This document shows, piece by piece, positions 26,824-37,533 of a stretch of DNA of 64,000 bases (positions within the stretch are counted from its first letter, which is position 1; the number at the start of each line of letters is the position of its first letter). The translations under genes were made by a program, and so were the position numbers. This DNA is from the human T2T-CHM13v2.0 reference genome, Homo sapiens, in the NCBI RefSeq assembly GCF_009914755.1, contig NC_060935.1; one strand, written 5' to 3'. The notes beneath the pieces were generated by a model, which saw nothing but the letters and a program-made list of their open reading frames with translations, made no database searches and was not told the DNA's origin.

Positions 26824-29164
26824 TGATATGGTTTGGCTGTGCCCCACCCAAATCTGAACTTGAATTGTATCTCCCAGAATTCCCATGTGTTGTGGGAGGG
26901 ACCCAGTGGGAGGTAATTGAATGCAGGAAGCTTTTGCTTCCTCCTCATTGTATCTTGCCACTGCCATGTAAGAAGTGCGTTTTGCCCTCCGCCATGATTG
27001 TGAGACCTTCCCCGGCCACGTGGAATTGTTAAGTTCAATTAAGCCACTTTCTTTTATATGTTGCCCAGTCTCAGGTTTGTCTTTATCAGCAGCATGAAAA
27101 AGGACTAATACAGTAAATTGGTACCAGTAGAGTGGGGGCATTGCTGAAAAGATACCCAAAAACATGGAAGCAACTTTGGACCTGGGTAACAAGCAGAGGT
27201 TGGAACAGTTTGGAGGGTTCAGAAGAAGACAGGAAAATGTGGGAAAGTTTGGAACTTCCTAGAGACTTATTGAATGGCTTTGCCCAAAATCCTGATGGCA
27301 ATATGGACAATAAAGTACAGGCTGAGGTGGTCTCAGATGGAAATGAGGAACTTGTTGGGAACTGGAGCAAAGGTGACTGTTGTTATGTTTTAGCAAAGAG
27401 ATGGCAGCAATTTGCTCCTGCCCTAGAGATTTGTGGAACTTTGAACTTGAGAGCAATGATTTAGGGTATCTGGCAGAAGAAATTTCTAAGCAGGAAAGCA
27501 TTCAAGAGGTGACCTGGGTGCTGTTAAAGGCATTCCGTTTTATAAGGGAAGCAGAGCATAGAAGTTTGGAAAATTTGTAGCTTGACAATGCATTAGAAAA
27601 GAAAAGAAAATGCCATTTTCTGAGGAGACATTTAAGCCGGCTGCAGAAATTTGCATAACTTGCAGCTGAATGTTAACTCCCAAGACAATGGGGAAAATGT
27701 CTCCAGGGCATGTCAGAGTTCTTCAAGGCAGCCCTTCTCATCACAGGCCTGGAGGCGTAGGAGGAAAAAAATGGTTTCTCAGGCCAGGCCCAGGATCTCC
27801 ATGCTGTGTGCAGCCTAGGGACTTGCCTGTGTCCCAGACACTCCAGCCATGACTAAAAGGGGCCAAGGTACAACTCAGCCATGGCTTCAGAGGGTGCAAG
27901 CCCCAAGACTTCGCAGGTTCCAGAACCACCATCATTCACTGACCTTGGGCAGGTGACCCAATCTCTCTGAGCATCCACAGAAGGGGATAATTGTTCATTT
28001 TACAAAACCCAAACCAAAGCTCAACACCACTTGGCAGCTTCCATGTGGTGTTGAGCCTGTGGGTACACAGAAGTCAAGAATTGAGGTTTGGGAACCTCTG
28101 CCTAGATTTCAGAAGATGTATGGAAACACCTGGATGCCCAGGCAAAAGTTTGCTGCAGGGGTGGGACCCTCATGGAGAACCTCTGCTAGGGCAGTGCAGA
28201 AAGGAAATGTGGGGTTGGAGTAGAGTCCCTACTGGGGCACCGCCTAGTGGAGCTGTGAGAAGAGGGGCACCATCCTCTAGACCGCAGAATGGCAGATCCA
28301 CTAACAGCTTGCACTGTGCACCTGGAAAAGCTGCAGACACTCAACGCCAGTCCGTGAAAGCAGCCAGAAAGGAGGCTGCACCCTGCAAAGCCACGGGGGT
28401 GGAGCTGCCCAAGACTGTGGGAACCCACCTCTTGCATCAGCATGACTCAGATATGCGGGACATGGAGTCAAAGGAGATCATTTTGGAACTTTAATAAGAT
28501 TTGACTGCCCTGCTGGATTTTGAACTTGCCTGGGGCCTGTAGCCCCTTTGTTTTGGCTAATTTCTTCCATGTGGAACAGCTGTATTTACCCAATGCCTGT
28601 ACCCCCACTGTATCTAGGAAGTAACTAACTTGCTTTTGATTTTACAGGCTCGTAGGTGGAAGGGACTTGTCTCAGATGAGACATTGGACTGTGGACTTTT
28701 GGGTTAATACTGAAATGAGTTAAGACTTTGGGGGACTGTTGGGAAGGCATGATTGGTTTTGAAATGTGAGAACATGAGATTTGGGAGGGACCAGGGGTGG
28801 AATGATATGGTTTAGCTGTGCCCGCACCCAAATCTCAACTTGAATTGTATCTCCCAGTATTCCCATGTGTTGTGGGAGGGACCCAGTGGGAGGTAATTGA
28901 ATCATGGGGCCAGTCTTTCCCGAGCTATTCTCGTGATAGTGAATAAGTCTCACAAGATCTGATGGGTTTATCAGGGGCTTCAGCTTTTGCTTCCTCCTCA
29001 TTCTCTCTTGCCGCCGCCATGTAAGAAGTGCCTTTTGCCTTCCACCATGATTGTTAGACCTTCCACAGCCACGTGGAATTGTAAGTCCAATTAAACCTCT
29101 TTCTTTTGTAAATTGCCCAGTCTTAGGTATGTCTTTATCAGCAGCATGAAAACAGACTAATACA
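26824..29164 (+). mobile_element. Full-length THE1 (THE1A-like) MaLR: 5' LTR 26824-27112, internal 27113-28802, 3' LTR 28803-29164, sense within TSKU intron 1
   Basis: Both LTRs run TGATATGG...CTAATACA. 5-bp TSD ACTTC at 26819-26823 and 29165-29169. Polypurine tract before the 3' LTR. The 5' LTR has a ~73-bp net internal deletion. Confidence 0.93.
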
Positions 29165-31927
29165 ACTTCCCAGAGTTGCACAGTGTAGCAAGTCACTCCT
29201 GCTAAAGATGGTCAGCCACCTTCCTTTTCCGATCCTCAGTTTCTCTGCTCTAAAATGGGGATGAGACTGCTGGCTCACAGAGTGACTGTGCGGACTAAAT
29301 GAAAGCATGTGTGTCCAGCACTAGCAGAGAGTGAGGACTGGCCCTGACTGTCACTGTCGTCACTTCCCACTGCAAATGCCCAGCCCCGGGCATAGGCCCG
29401 GCACAGAGCAGGAACCCCGGGAGAGGTGTCTACTGTGCAGGGCTGAGCAAGGAACCTAGTTCAGTGCCCTGGGAGCATCTGCAGACAGTTACCTAGGTAA
29501 CTCCTGCCCCTTTACATCAGATGCCTCTTTACATCGGCTGTTACTACCATTGCCTCAGTTCTGTATCTTCTGGCTGCTGGGTGATGACTGCCCTGTGCCT
29601 GTGCACAGCCCTTCACAGTTGGCAGTAAGGGTTAATCAACTTAGGTGAAGAGGGCAGGGCAGAAATTGCCACCCTGTAGTGCAGAGGACAAGGCTGAGGC
29701 TTAAAGAGGGGCAGCGAGAGGTCCCCTCTGGCGGGATAGCATTTGGGTCGTATTTTGAGCTGCTGGTTACATAAGTGGGAGCTCATATGAGGCCATTTGG
29801 CATTTCACGGACCCCTTGTATAATCACCTCTGGGAATCAAAGGGTAATCTCAGGGCCTTTGTGCTGTTTGTTTAAACCCCAGGAAGGGTGGGTATGAATG
29901 AGCAGATCAGCTTAGCAGGGGAGGTGGGGCCTTTGGTGGTAATGAGCCCTGCGGTGAGGAGCTCGCCCAGGGGAACAAAAGGGGCCTGAAGCAACTTAAT
30001 ATTTTCCTTTTGGTTCCAGACATTGGAACACTCTGTCCTGCCTCAGCTGGGACCATGCCCAGGATGCACCTGGGCTGGATTTAATCCTGAAATTGGCCTC
30101 TACAAAAGAAAGGGGTGGGAGAGGAGGGTCCCACATGGGGAGGGGGGCAGGGGAGAAGAGTCCCACTTTTCCCTGCCCCTGGGCAAAGCCAGAGTGCAGA
30201 TCAAGTGGCTAGCCCTTTAAAGTTTCATGCAGGGCTGGTAATGCAATCCTGCTGCTCCCTCCCACCCAGCTTCCAGTCTGGAAGGTGGGCAGGTCCCTGG
30301 CCCATCTCCTCCCCCTCTCTCACCTCCTTCCTGAAGTCCAGAGGGAGGGATGGGCAGGAGGGCAGGGGCCCAGAGCAGGGCCACCCAGATGAAGAGCCTG
30401 GCTAGAAGGAAGCTTAGTGCCTTCTGTCTCCCAGGCTGCTGAGGGGCCACTGTGCAGGGCCGGGGTGACGACAGACTATCCAATTGGTCTAGTTAGAAGC
30501 TCCCACTGCCCAACCCTCTCCTTCTCATGCTGGCACCACTGAGCACCACCATCCCAGGAGCTACAGTGGACGTGAACACAGGCTTTGAATCCAACAGCAG
30601 TGGGTGGTGTGACCATTAGATGTGACAACACGTATGTAGCACCTGGCATCTGTAGCAGCCACCACTGTAATTGTACAGAGGGAACTGAGATCTGAGGAGG
30701 GACACTGGCTCATGCCACAGCATGTGTCAGTGGGAAAAGCCCCTCCTGCACCCTGCCTCTCCACCAGCTACTCTGCCAGTCCTGCTGGAGGCAACGCATA
30801 TGAATATAGTAATTGGAGTACACCAGGCCTGGGTCCCATTCCTGCCCTGCATTTTACTAGTTTGGGGTAAGGCCCTATTCCTCTCTGAGCCTCTGTTTCT
30901 TCATCTGTATAATGGGGGAAGCAGCCTAACTGCCTGCCCGAGGTTAAAGGAAGAACCAAAGAGGTGTAGTAGCTTAATCTGCTGGTGGCAAGGGACAGAG
31001 TAAGGGGGAAAGAGGCTTGGGACAGGTGTCCCCAAAACCCATCTGGGAATCTGGACACCCACGTTGGACACCAGGATGCCCAATGAGAAGGGAAGTTCCT
31101 GCCCCTGGATGACAGGCTAGGGGGACAGGGCAGGTGGAGTATGGGTGCGGTGGGGCAGTCACTGCAGGCCCCATTGCAGGGAGGGAGTCCTGGTCTTGAA
31201 GGCCAGCCCCGGCCAGACCACAGGTGCTTTCTCTGTCAGTGTCCCCTCTAGTGCCACTCCACTCTGCTGTGTGGCTGTCCAAAAGCGTCTTAACCTAAGG
31301 CCCAGTTCCCTTTTGGTAAAACAGAGAATTTTCTGCCTTGGAAGGTGGTTGTGAGGGTCAGATGCGACCATGCTGTGGGGCAGCCAGAACAGTGCCTGAC
31401 GTGTAACACTTGCTCAGCAGAGAGTGGGGCACCCTGGGCACACCCTACCCTCAGCCCTGTGGATGAGCCCCTCACCCGGGGCCCGAGGTCTAGACCAAAC
31501 CAGGGACTCTGGACCATCAGAGCTGGAGAGGCCAGCCCGAGAAACCGTCTAGTCTGGTGGGTTTCAAACTGGGTTTCCTAACACCCTAGGCAGGGATGGT
31601 GGGCAGAAGTCGAGGGCTTCAGGTCCCCCTCACTTCAGCCAGACCAGGCCCGCCTTCATCTGCTGCTCTTGTTTAAGAAAGGGATCTGCTGCTTCTAGTT
31701 GAAAATTCACCACCTGGCCTCACGCCCCTTACCATACAAATGGAGAGGCAGAGGCCAGAGAAGAACTGGGACTAGGAACTCTGGGGAGTGTTCCAGGAAG
31801 CATTCCAGGAGGTCGGGGTCTGTGACACCTTCCAACAGAGTCTAGACTGGGCTCATGTCCTGTGTGGTGGCTTTAGACCATCTGGTGCATTCATTCCTCA
31901 CCTGTGGCTCTCTTTCTAGCCCCCACC

Positions 31928-32989
31928 ATGCCGTGGCCCCTGCTGCTGCTGCTGGCCGTGAGTGGGGCCCAGACAACCCGGCCATGCTTCCCCGGGTGCC
32001 AATGCGAGGTGGAGACCTTCGGCCTTTTCGACAGCTTCAGCCTGACTCGGGTGGATTGTAGCGGCCTGGGCCCCCACATCATGCCGGTGCCCATCCCTCT
32101 GGACACAGCCCACTTGGACCTGTCCTCCAACCGGCTGGAGATGGTGAATGAGTCGGTGTTGGCGGGGCCGGGCTACACGACGTTGGCTGGCCTGGATCTC
32201 AGCCACAACCTGCTCACCAGCATCTCACCCACTGCCTTCTCCCGCCTTCGCTACCTGGAGTCGCTTGACCTCAGCCACAATGGCCTGACAGCCCTGCCAG
32301 CCGAGAGCTTCACCAGCTCACCCCTGAGCGACGTGAACCTTAGCCACAACCAGCTCCGGGAGGTCTCAGTGTCTGCCTTCACGACGCACAGTCAGGGCCG
32401 GGCACTACACGTGGACCTCTCCCACAACCTCATTCACCGCCTCGTGCCCCACCCCACGAGGGCCGGCCTGCCTGCGCCCACCATTCAGAGCCTGAACCTG
32501 GCCTGGAACCGGCTCCATGCCGTGCCCAACCTCCGAGACTTGCCCCTGCGCTACCTGAGCCTGGATGGGAACCCTCTAGCTGTCATTGGTCCGGGTGCCT
32601 TCGCGGGGCTGGGAGGCCTTACACACCTGTCTCTGGCCAGCCTGCAGAGGCTCCCTGAGCTGGCGCCCAGTGGCTTCCGTGAGCTACCGGGCCTGCAGGT
32701 CCTGGACCTGTCGGGCAACCCCAAGCTTAACTGGGCAGGAGCTGAGGTGTTTTCAGGCCTGAGCTCCCTGCAGGAGCTGGACCTTTCGGGCACCAACCTG
32801 GTGCCCCTGCCTGAGGCGCTGCTCCTCCACCTCCCGGCACTGCAGAGCGTCAGCGTGGGCCAGGATGTGCGGTGCCGGCGCCTGGTGCGGGAGGGCACCT
32901 ACCCCCGGAGGCCTGGCTCCAGCCCCAAGGTGGCCCTGCACTGCGTAGACACCCGGGAATCTGCTGCCAGGGGCCCCACCATCTTGTGA
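31928..32989 (+). CDS. TSKU: Tsukushi, secreted small leucine-rich proteoglycan, 353 aa, whole CDS in one exon
   Basis: The ORF starts at CCACCATG (ATG 31928) and ends at TGA 32989. It encodes a signal peptide MPWPLLLLLAVSGAQT, an N-terminal C20-x3-C24-x-C26-x17-C44 cluster, tandem LxxLDLSxN LRRs, N-glycosylation sequons NES (N74) and NLS, and two C-terminal Cys. Recognised as human TSKU. The ORF-track start at 31904 is an intronic GTG. Confidence 0.98.
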   Translation: MPWPLLLLLAVSGAQTTRPCFPGCQCEVETFGLFDSFSLTRVDCSGLGPHIMPVPIPLDTAHLDLSSNRLEMVNESVLAGPGYTTLAGLDLSHNLLTSISPTAFSRLRYLESLDLSHNGLTALPAESFTSSPLSDVNLSHNQLREVSVSAFTTHSQGRALHVDLSHNLIHRLVPHPTRAGLPAPTIQSLNLAWNRLHAVPNLRDLPLRYLSLDGNPLAVIGPGAFAGLGGLTHLSLASLQRLPELAPSGFRELPGLQVLDLSGNPKLNWAGAEVFSGLSSLQELDLSGTNLVPLPEALLLHLPALQSVSVGQDVRCRRLVREGTYPRRPGSSPKVALHCVDTRESAARGPTIL

Positions 32990-34435
32990 CAAATGGTGTG
33001 GCCCAGGGCCACATAACAGACTGCTGTCCTGGGCTGCCTCAGGTCCCGAGTAACTTATGTTCAATGTGCCAACACCAGTGGGGAGCCCGCAGGCCTATGT
33101 GGCAGCGTCACCACAGGAGTTGTGGGCCTAGGAGAGGCTTTGGACCTGGGAGCCACACCTAGGAGCAAAGTCTCACCCCTTTGTCTACGTTGCTTCCCCA
33201 AACCATGAGCAGAGGGACTTCGATGCCAAACCAGACTCGGGTCCCCTCCTGCTTCCCTTCCCCACTTATCCCCCAAGTGCCTTCCCTCATGCCTGGGCCG
33301 GCCTGACCCGCAATGGGCAGAGGGTGGGTGGGACCCCCTGCTGCAGGGCAGAGTTCAGGTCCACTGGGCTGAGTGTCCCCTTGGGCCCATGGCCCAGTCA
33401 CTCAGGGGCGAGTTTCTTTTCTAACATAGCCCTTTCTTTGCCATGAGGCCATGAGGCCCGCTTCATCCTTTTCTATTTCCCTAGAACCTTAATGGTAGAA
33501 GGAATTGCAAAGAATCAAGTCCACCCTTCTCATGTGACAGATGGGGAAACTGAGGCCTTGAGAAGGAAAAAGGCTAATCTAAGTTCCTGCGGGCAGTGGC
33601 ATGACTGGAGCACAGCCTCCTGCCTCCCAGCCCGGACCCAATGCACTTTCTTGTCTCCTCTAATAAGCCCCACCCTCCCCGCCTGGGCTCCCCTTGCTGC
33701 CCTTGCCTGTTCCCCATTAGCACAGGAGTAGCAGCAGCAGGACAGGCAAGAGCCTCACAAGTGGGACTCTGGGCCTCTGACCAGCTGTGCGGCATGGGCT
33801 AAGTCACTCTGCCCTTCGGAGCCTCTGGAAGCTTAGGGCACATTGGTTCCAGCCTAGCCAGTTTCTCACCCTGGGTTGGGGTCCCCCAGCATCCAGACTG
33901 GAAACCTACCCATTTTCCCCTGAGCATCCTCTAGATGCTGCCCCAAGGAGTTGCTGCAGTTCTGGAGCCTCATCTGGCTGGGATCTCCAAGGGGCCTCCT
34001 GGATTCAGTCCCCACTGGCCCTGAGCACGACAGCCCTTCTTACCCTCCCAGGAATGCCGTGAAAGGAGACAAGGTCTGCCCGACCCATGTCTATGCTCTA
34101 CCCCCAGGGTAGCATCTCAGCTTCCGAACCCTGGGCTGTTTCCTTAGTCTTCATTTTATAAAAGTTGTTGCCTTTTTAACGGAGTGTCACTTTCAACCGG
34201 CCTCCCCTACCCCTGCTGGCCGGGGATGGAGACATGTCATTTGTAAAAGCAGAAAAAGGTTGCATTTGTTCACTTTTGTAATATTGTCCTGGGCCTGTGT
34301 TGGGGTGTTGGGGGAAGCTGGGCATCAGTGGCCACATGGGCATCAGGGGCTGGCCCCACAGAGACCCCACAGGGCAGTGAGCTCTGTCTTCCCCCACCTG
34401 CCTAGCCCATCATCTATCTAACCGGTCCTTGATTT

Positions 34436-34441
34436 AATAAA
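34436..34441 (+). terminator. TSKU: TSKU polyadenylation signal AATAAA
   Basis: gatttAATAAAcactataaaaag followed by the T-rich ttctttgcttt. Confidence 0.85.
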
Positions 34442-35539
34442 CACTATAAAAAGTTCTTTGCTTTACTCAGCCAGTGTCCACTGGCAATCCCTGGGCTGGG
34501 CTCTGGGGCCACAAAGATGAATCAGGTTAGGCCCTGCCCTGGGCAGCTTGTTCTCCCTGAAAAGCCTGATAATCTCAGGATTTGGGGAGTAAGGTGACGT
34601 GAAGGAGGGAGTTCCTGCACCCTGTTCACCTCTCATCTCCCGTGGCCCTACCCCACTGTTCCTGCCACCCCAGCTCCAGCCATAGCCATGAGCATGCAGG
34701 CCCTTGCACACCTGTTCTCTTGCTCAGGCGTTACTGTGGGACCTTGCCCTTGCCCTCACCCCTGTCTCTCAACCTCCTTCCTATCCAGTAGACCTAGTTC
34801 TTGCCCGCCCGCAGAAGCTTCCTTGGCCCCTTCCACCTCCCTCCTCTGAACTGCAACAGTATTTTGTTCTTCCTTGGTGCTTCAGCTGCTATGGTACCCC
34901 AGCTCCTGTTTGCACACTTCCACTGACAGAGATCACACTTGGAGCTCATCTGGGTGGCTCTGCTGTCACCAAGTTCTTCCTTCTAACTGGCCAGTCTACA
35001 GGGAATGTCTACCATCATCACCAATGACAGGTTTTTCCTGATCCCTACTCTGTGCCCAGAACATTCAGGCCATATGCACTGGTGGGAGCTTGCCCATCTT
35101 GTAATCAGGCCTCCCCAGGGAGAAGTATCAGCTTGAGGCCCTGGGTCCGAGGCTGGCACCCAGCGGTCAAGGTAGGAAAGAGCTGAGGCTTGGCGCCGGG
35201 CGGTGTGGAGGAGAGGGAGGTCAGGGTGAGACCCCGGGCCCCCACAGTCCTCCTGTTTGTTCTCCACTTCCCCTACATTTCCTGGGACAGGAGAGGATTC
35301 AGATGGAGGTAGGGATCACGGTACTTTCACCCAATGGGTCCGGGTCTTCCCAAGTCCCCGCTTGTGGAAGGAGTCCTTGCGGGAGGGCCATGGAACAAAA
35401 AGGCCTTAAAGACAGGGCCAAAGCGTGCGGAGGGCAGCGAAGGGAAGGAGGGGGCTTCTGCGGCAATCAGTTCTGGAGCAGGTCACCTCCGCCCGAGCTG
35501 CAGCTTCCTCCTCTGCAAAACGGGGCAGGGTGAAGGCCC

Positions 35540-35920
35540 AGTGAGAGCATGGGCGCGGATGCCATCACGCTGGGCGGGCTCGTCCTTCCCGTGGGGAACC
35601 TGCCCTGCACCCCGCAGCCCTGGCCTCCTGCCAGCCATAAGGAGAGCGGAAGCCCCGGCGGGCCTCGCCGACCCGGGAGTCCGCGCGGCCCCTCCCTGCC
35701 CGTGCGGAGGCTCCCGGCCCGCAGCGCCACCTCGTGCTCACGCATGGCCAGACACCCCAGATCCCAGCGGGGCCAAGAGCCAGGACCGGGGCGGCTGGAG
35801 GCCAAAGTGGGCTGCGCTGTTTGCTTTATGCGGCCAGTCCCTTCCCGCCCACCAGACTACCCTCGCCCTGCCGGACTCCGCCCTCCAGGAACCCTGGCGC
35901 CCAGGGCGAGGGCTTCGAAT
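35540..35920. promoter_or_regulatory. Small CpG island downstream of TSKU with a reverse CTCF motif
   Basis: CpG-rich, non-repeat sequence. cagcgccacctcgtgctc at 35722-35739 reads GAGCACGAGGTGGCGCTG on the - strand. Confidence 0.65.
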
Positions 35921-36076
35921 CTTACACAATCAGGAAAATTCGTGCAAAGAATCCGTTTTGGAATTCACAGAAAAGGGTTGAAATCTTGGGGTCATCACTA
36001 ACCAATTGTGTGATTTTTGGCCAGGTCACTTTACTTCTCTGAGCCTGGAAAATAGGGATGAAAATATCTCCCTCAA

Positions 36077-36592
36077 GGCCGGGCACGATGGCTCCTGCCT
36101 GTAATCCCAGCACTTTGGGAGGCTGAGGCAGGAGGATCGCTTGAGCTCAGGAATTCAAGACTAAGACCAGCCTGGGCAACATAATTTAAAAATCTAAAAA
36201 TTAACCGGGCATGGTGACGCCTGTAGTCCCAGCTACTTGGGAGGCTGAAGTGGGAGGATAGCTTGAGCCTGGGAGGTTGGATGACAGAGTTAGACCCTGT
36301 TTAAAAAAAAAAAAAAAAAAGCAAAGAGAGAAAAATAAAAATAAAAGAAAGACAAAAAAGAAAGAGAAACAAAGAAAGAAAGAGAAAATACCTCCCTGAG
36401 CCTGGGAGGTTGAGGCTGCCGTGAGCCGAGATTCTACCACTGCACTCCAGCCTGAGTGACAGAGCTAGACCCTGGAAAAAAAAAAGAACGAAGGAAGGGA
36501 GGGAGGGAGAGAGAAAGGAAGAAAAGAAAGAAAGAGCAAAAAAGGAAGAAGGAAAGAAGGAAAGAAGGAAGGGAGGGAGGGAGGGAGGGAGG
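36077..36592 (+). mobile_element. Alu (AluJ-like) with a tandemly duplicated 3' end and purine-rich tails
   Basis: TSD gaaaatatctccctc at 36060-36074 and 36593-36607, with a third degenerate copy at 36384-36397. Confidence 0.85.
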
Positions 36593-37380
36593 GAAAATAT
36601 CTCCCTCCACAGGACTGTGTGTAGAAGAAATGAAGTAACATTTGTAGAGAACCAAGTACGGTGCCTGGCACAAAATGGCAGCCTCTAAGTGCTCTTTCCC
36701 GCCCTCATCCAACCATGGAGTTATGAAGTAGATTACAGAGCCATGTAGTCTGAGTCTGTTTTTTATAACTCGCACTCAGAACTGAAGAATTTTGTAAAGT
36801 TCTGGGACTGTAGAATCACAGAACGACACCCGGTAATCCACAGGGTCATGGAGTAGGTACTCACCGTCAGCTGTGGCCCAGCTCACCACCATGGGTCAGC
36901 AGGGTCACCAGCCTCTTTATGCCTTTCACAGTAATGCAGCGGCCAGCTATGGCTATGTGTTCCTCATGCTTTGTGTACATGCCATCATCTCCTCACAACT
37001 GCACCAGGTGTTTTTGTCACCATACAGATGAGGAAACCAGCATAGGCCAGGCTTTATCTGTCAGGTGGCAATTCTCACATTCTTCCTTGTCCTACCCCAG
37101 GGGCCGGGCCAGCTGTGTAAATCCCATGAATCAGAGAGGGTAGAGGTGCACTGATAAACCAAAAAGCACTGGGATTCCATTTATTTTTTATTTTCAAATA
37201 AGTTGCAGAAGTTATGCAGTTCTACATAGCTCCGATCAGACTGTGGATTCTAGATCTTAGAGTATAAAAAGCCAAAGGTCAAAGTCAAAGTCCTTTCTCT
37301 CCTGGCCCCTTTTCACGGATGGGGAATCTGAGGCCCAGAGACGAGTAAGTTCCCATGGTCCATGGCCAGGATTCTGTGCT

Positions 37381-37533
37381 TCAGAACTGCCTATGTAATT
37401 TGTGGGACCCAGTATAAAATGAAAATGTGGGGCCCCTTGTTCAAAGTTATTAGGATTTCAAGATGACAAGAACAGAGCATTAAACCAAGCACAGGGTCTT
37501 TCTATGGTTTCACTGCCCATGAAGCCAGCCCTG
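37381..37533 (-). mobile_element. MER91A-like hAT DNA transposon relic
   Basis: aaaatgaaaatgtggggccccttgttcaa...agagcattaaaccaagc...gccagccctg matches the recalled MER91A consensus. Confidence 0.55.

Larger units (their letters stand above)
31920..34458 (+). other. TSKU: TSKU terminal exon: 8-nt 5'UTR, CDS and ~1.47-kb 3'UTR (3' end approximate)
   Basis: Acceptor ctctctttctAG at 31918-31919 with a CTCAC branch-like motif near 31897. AATAAA at 34436-34441. Confidence 0.88.

Noticed and set aside
31904-31927. N-terminal extension MALFLAPT in the ORF track
   Set aside because: It starts at a GTG within the intron's polypyrimidine tract, upstream of the 31918-31919 acceptor.
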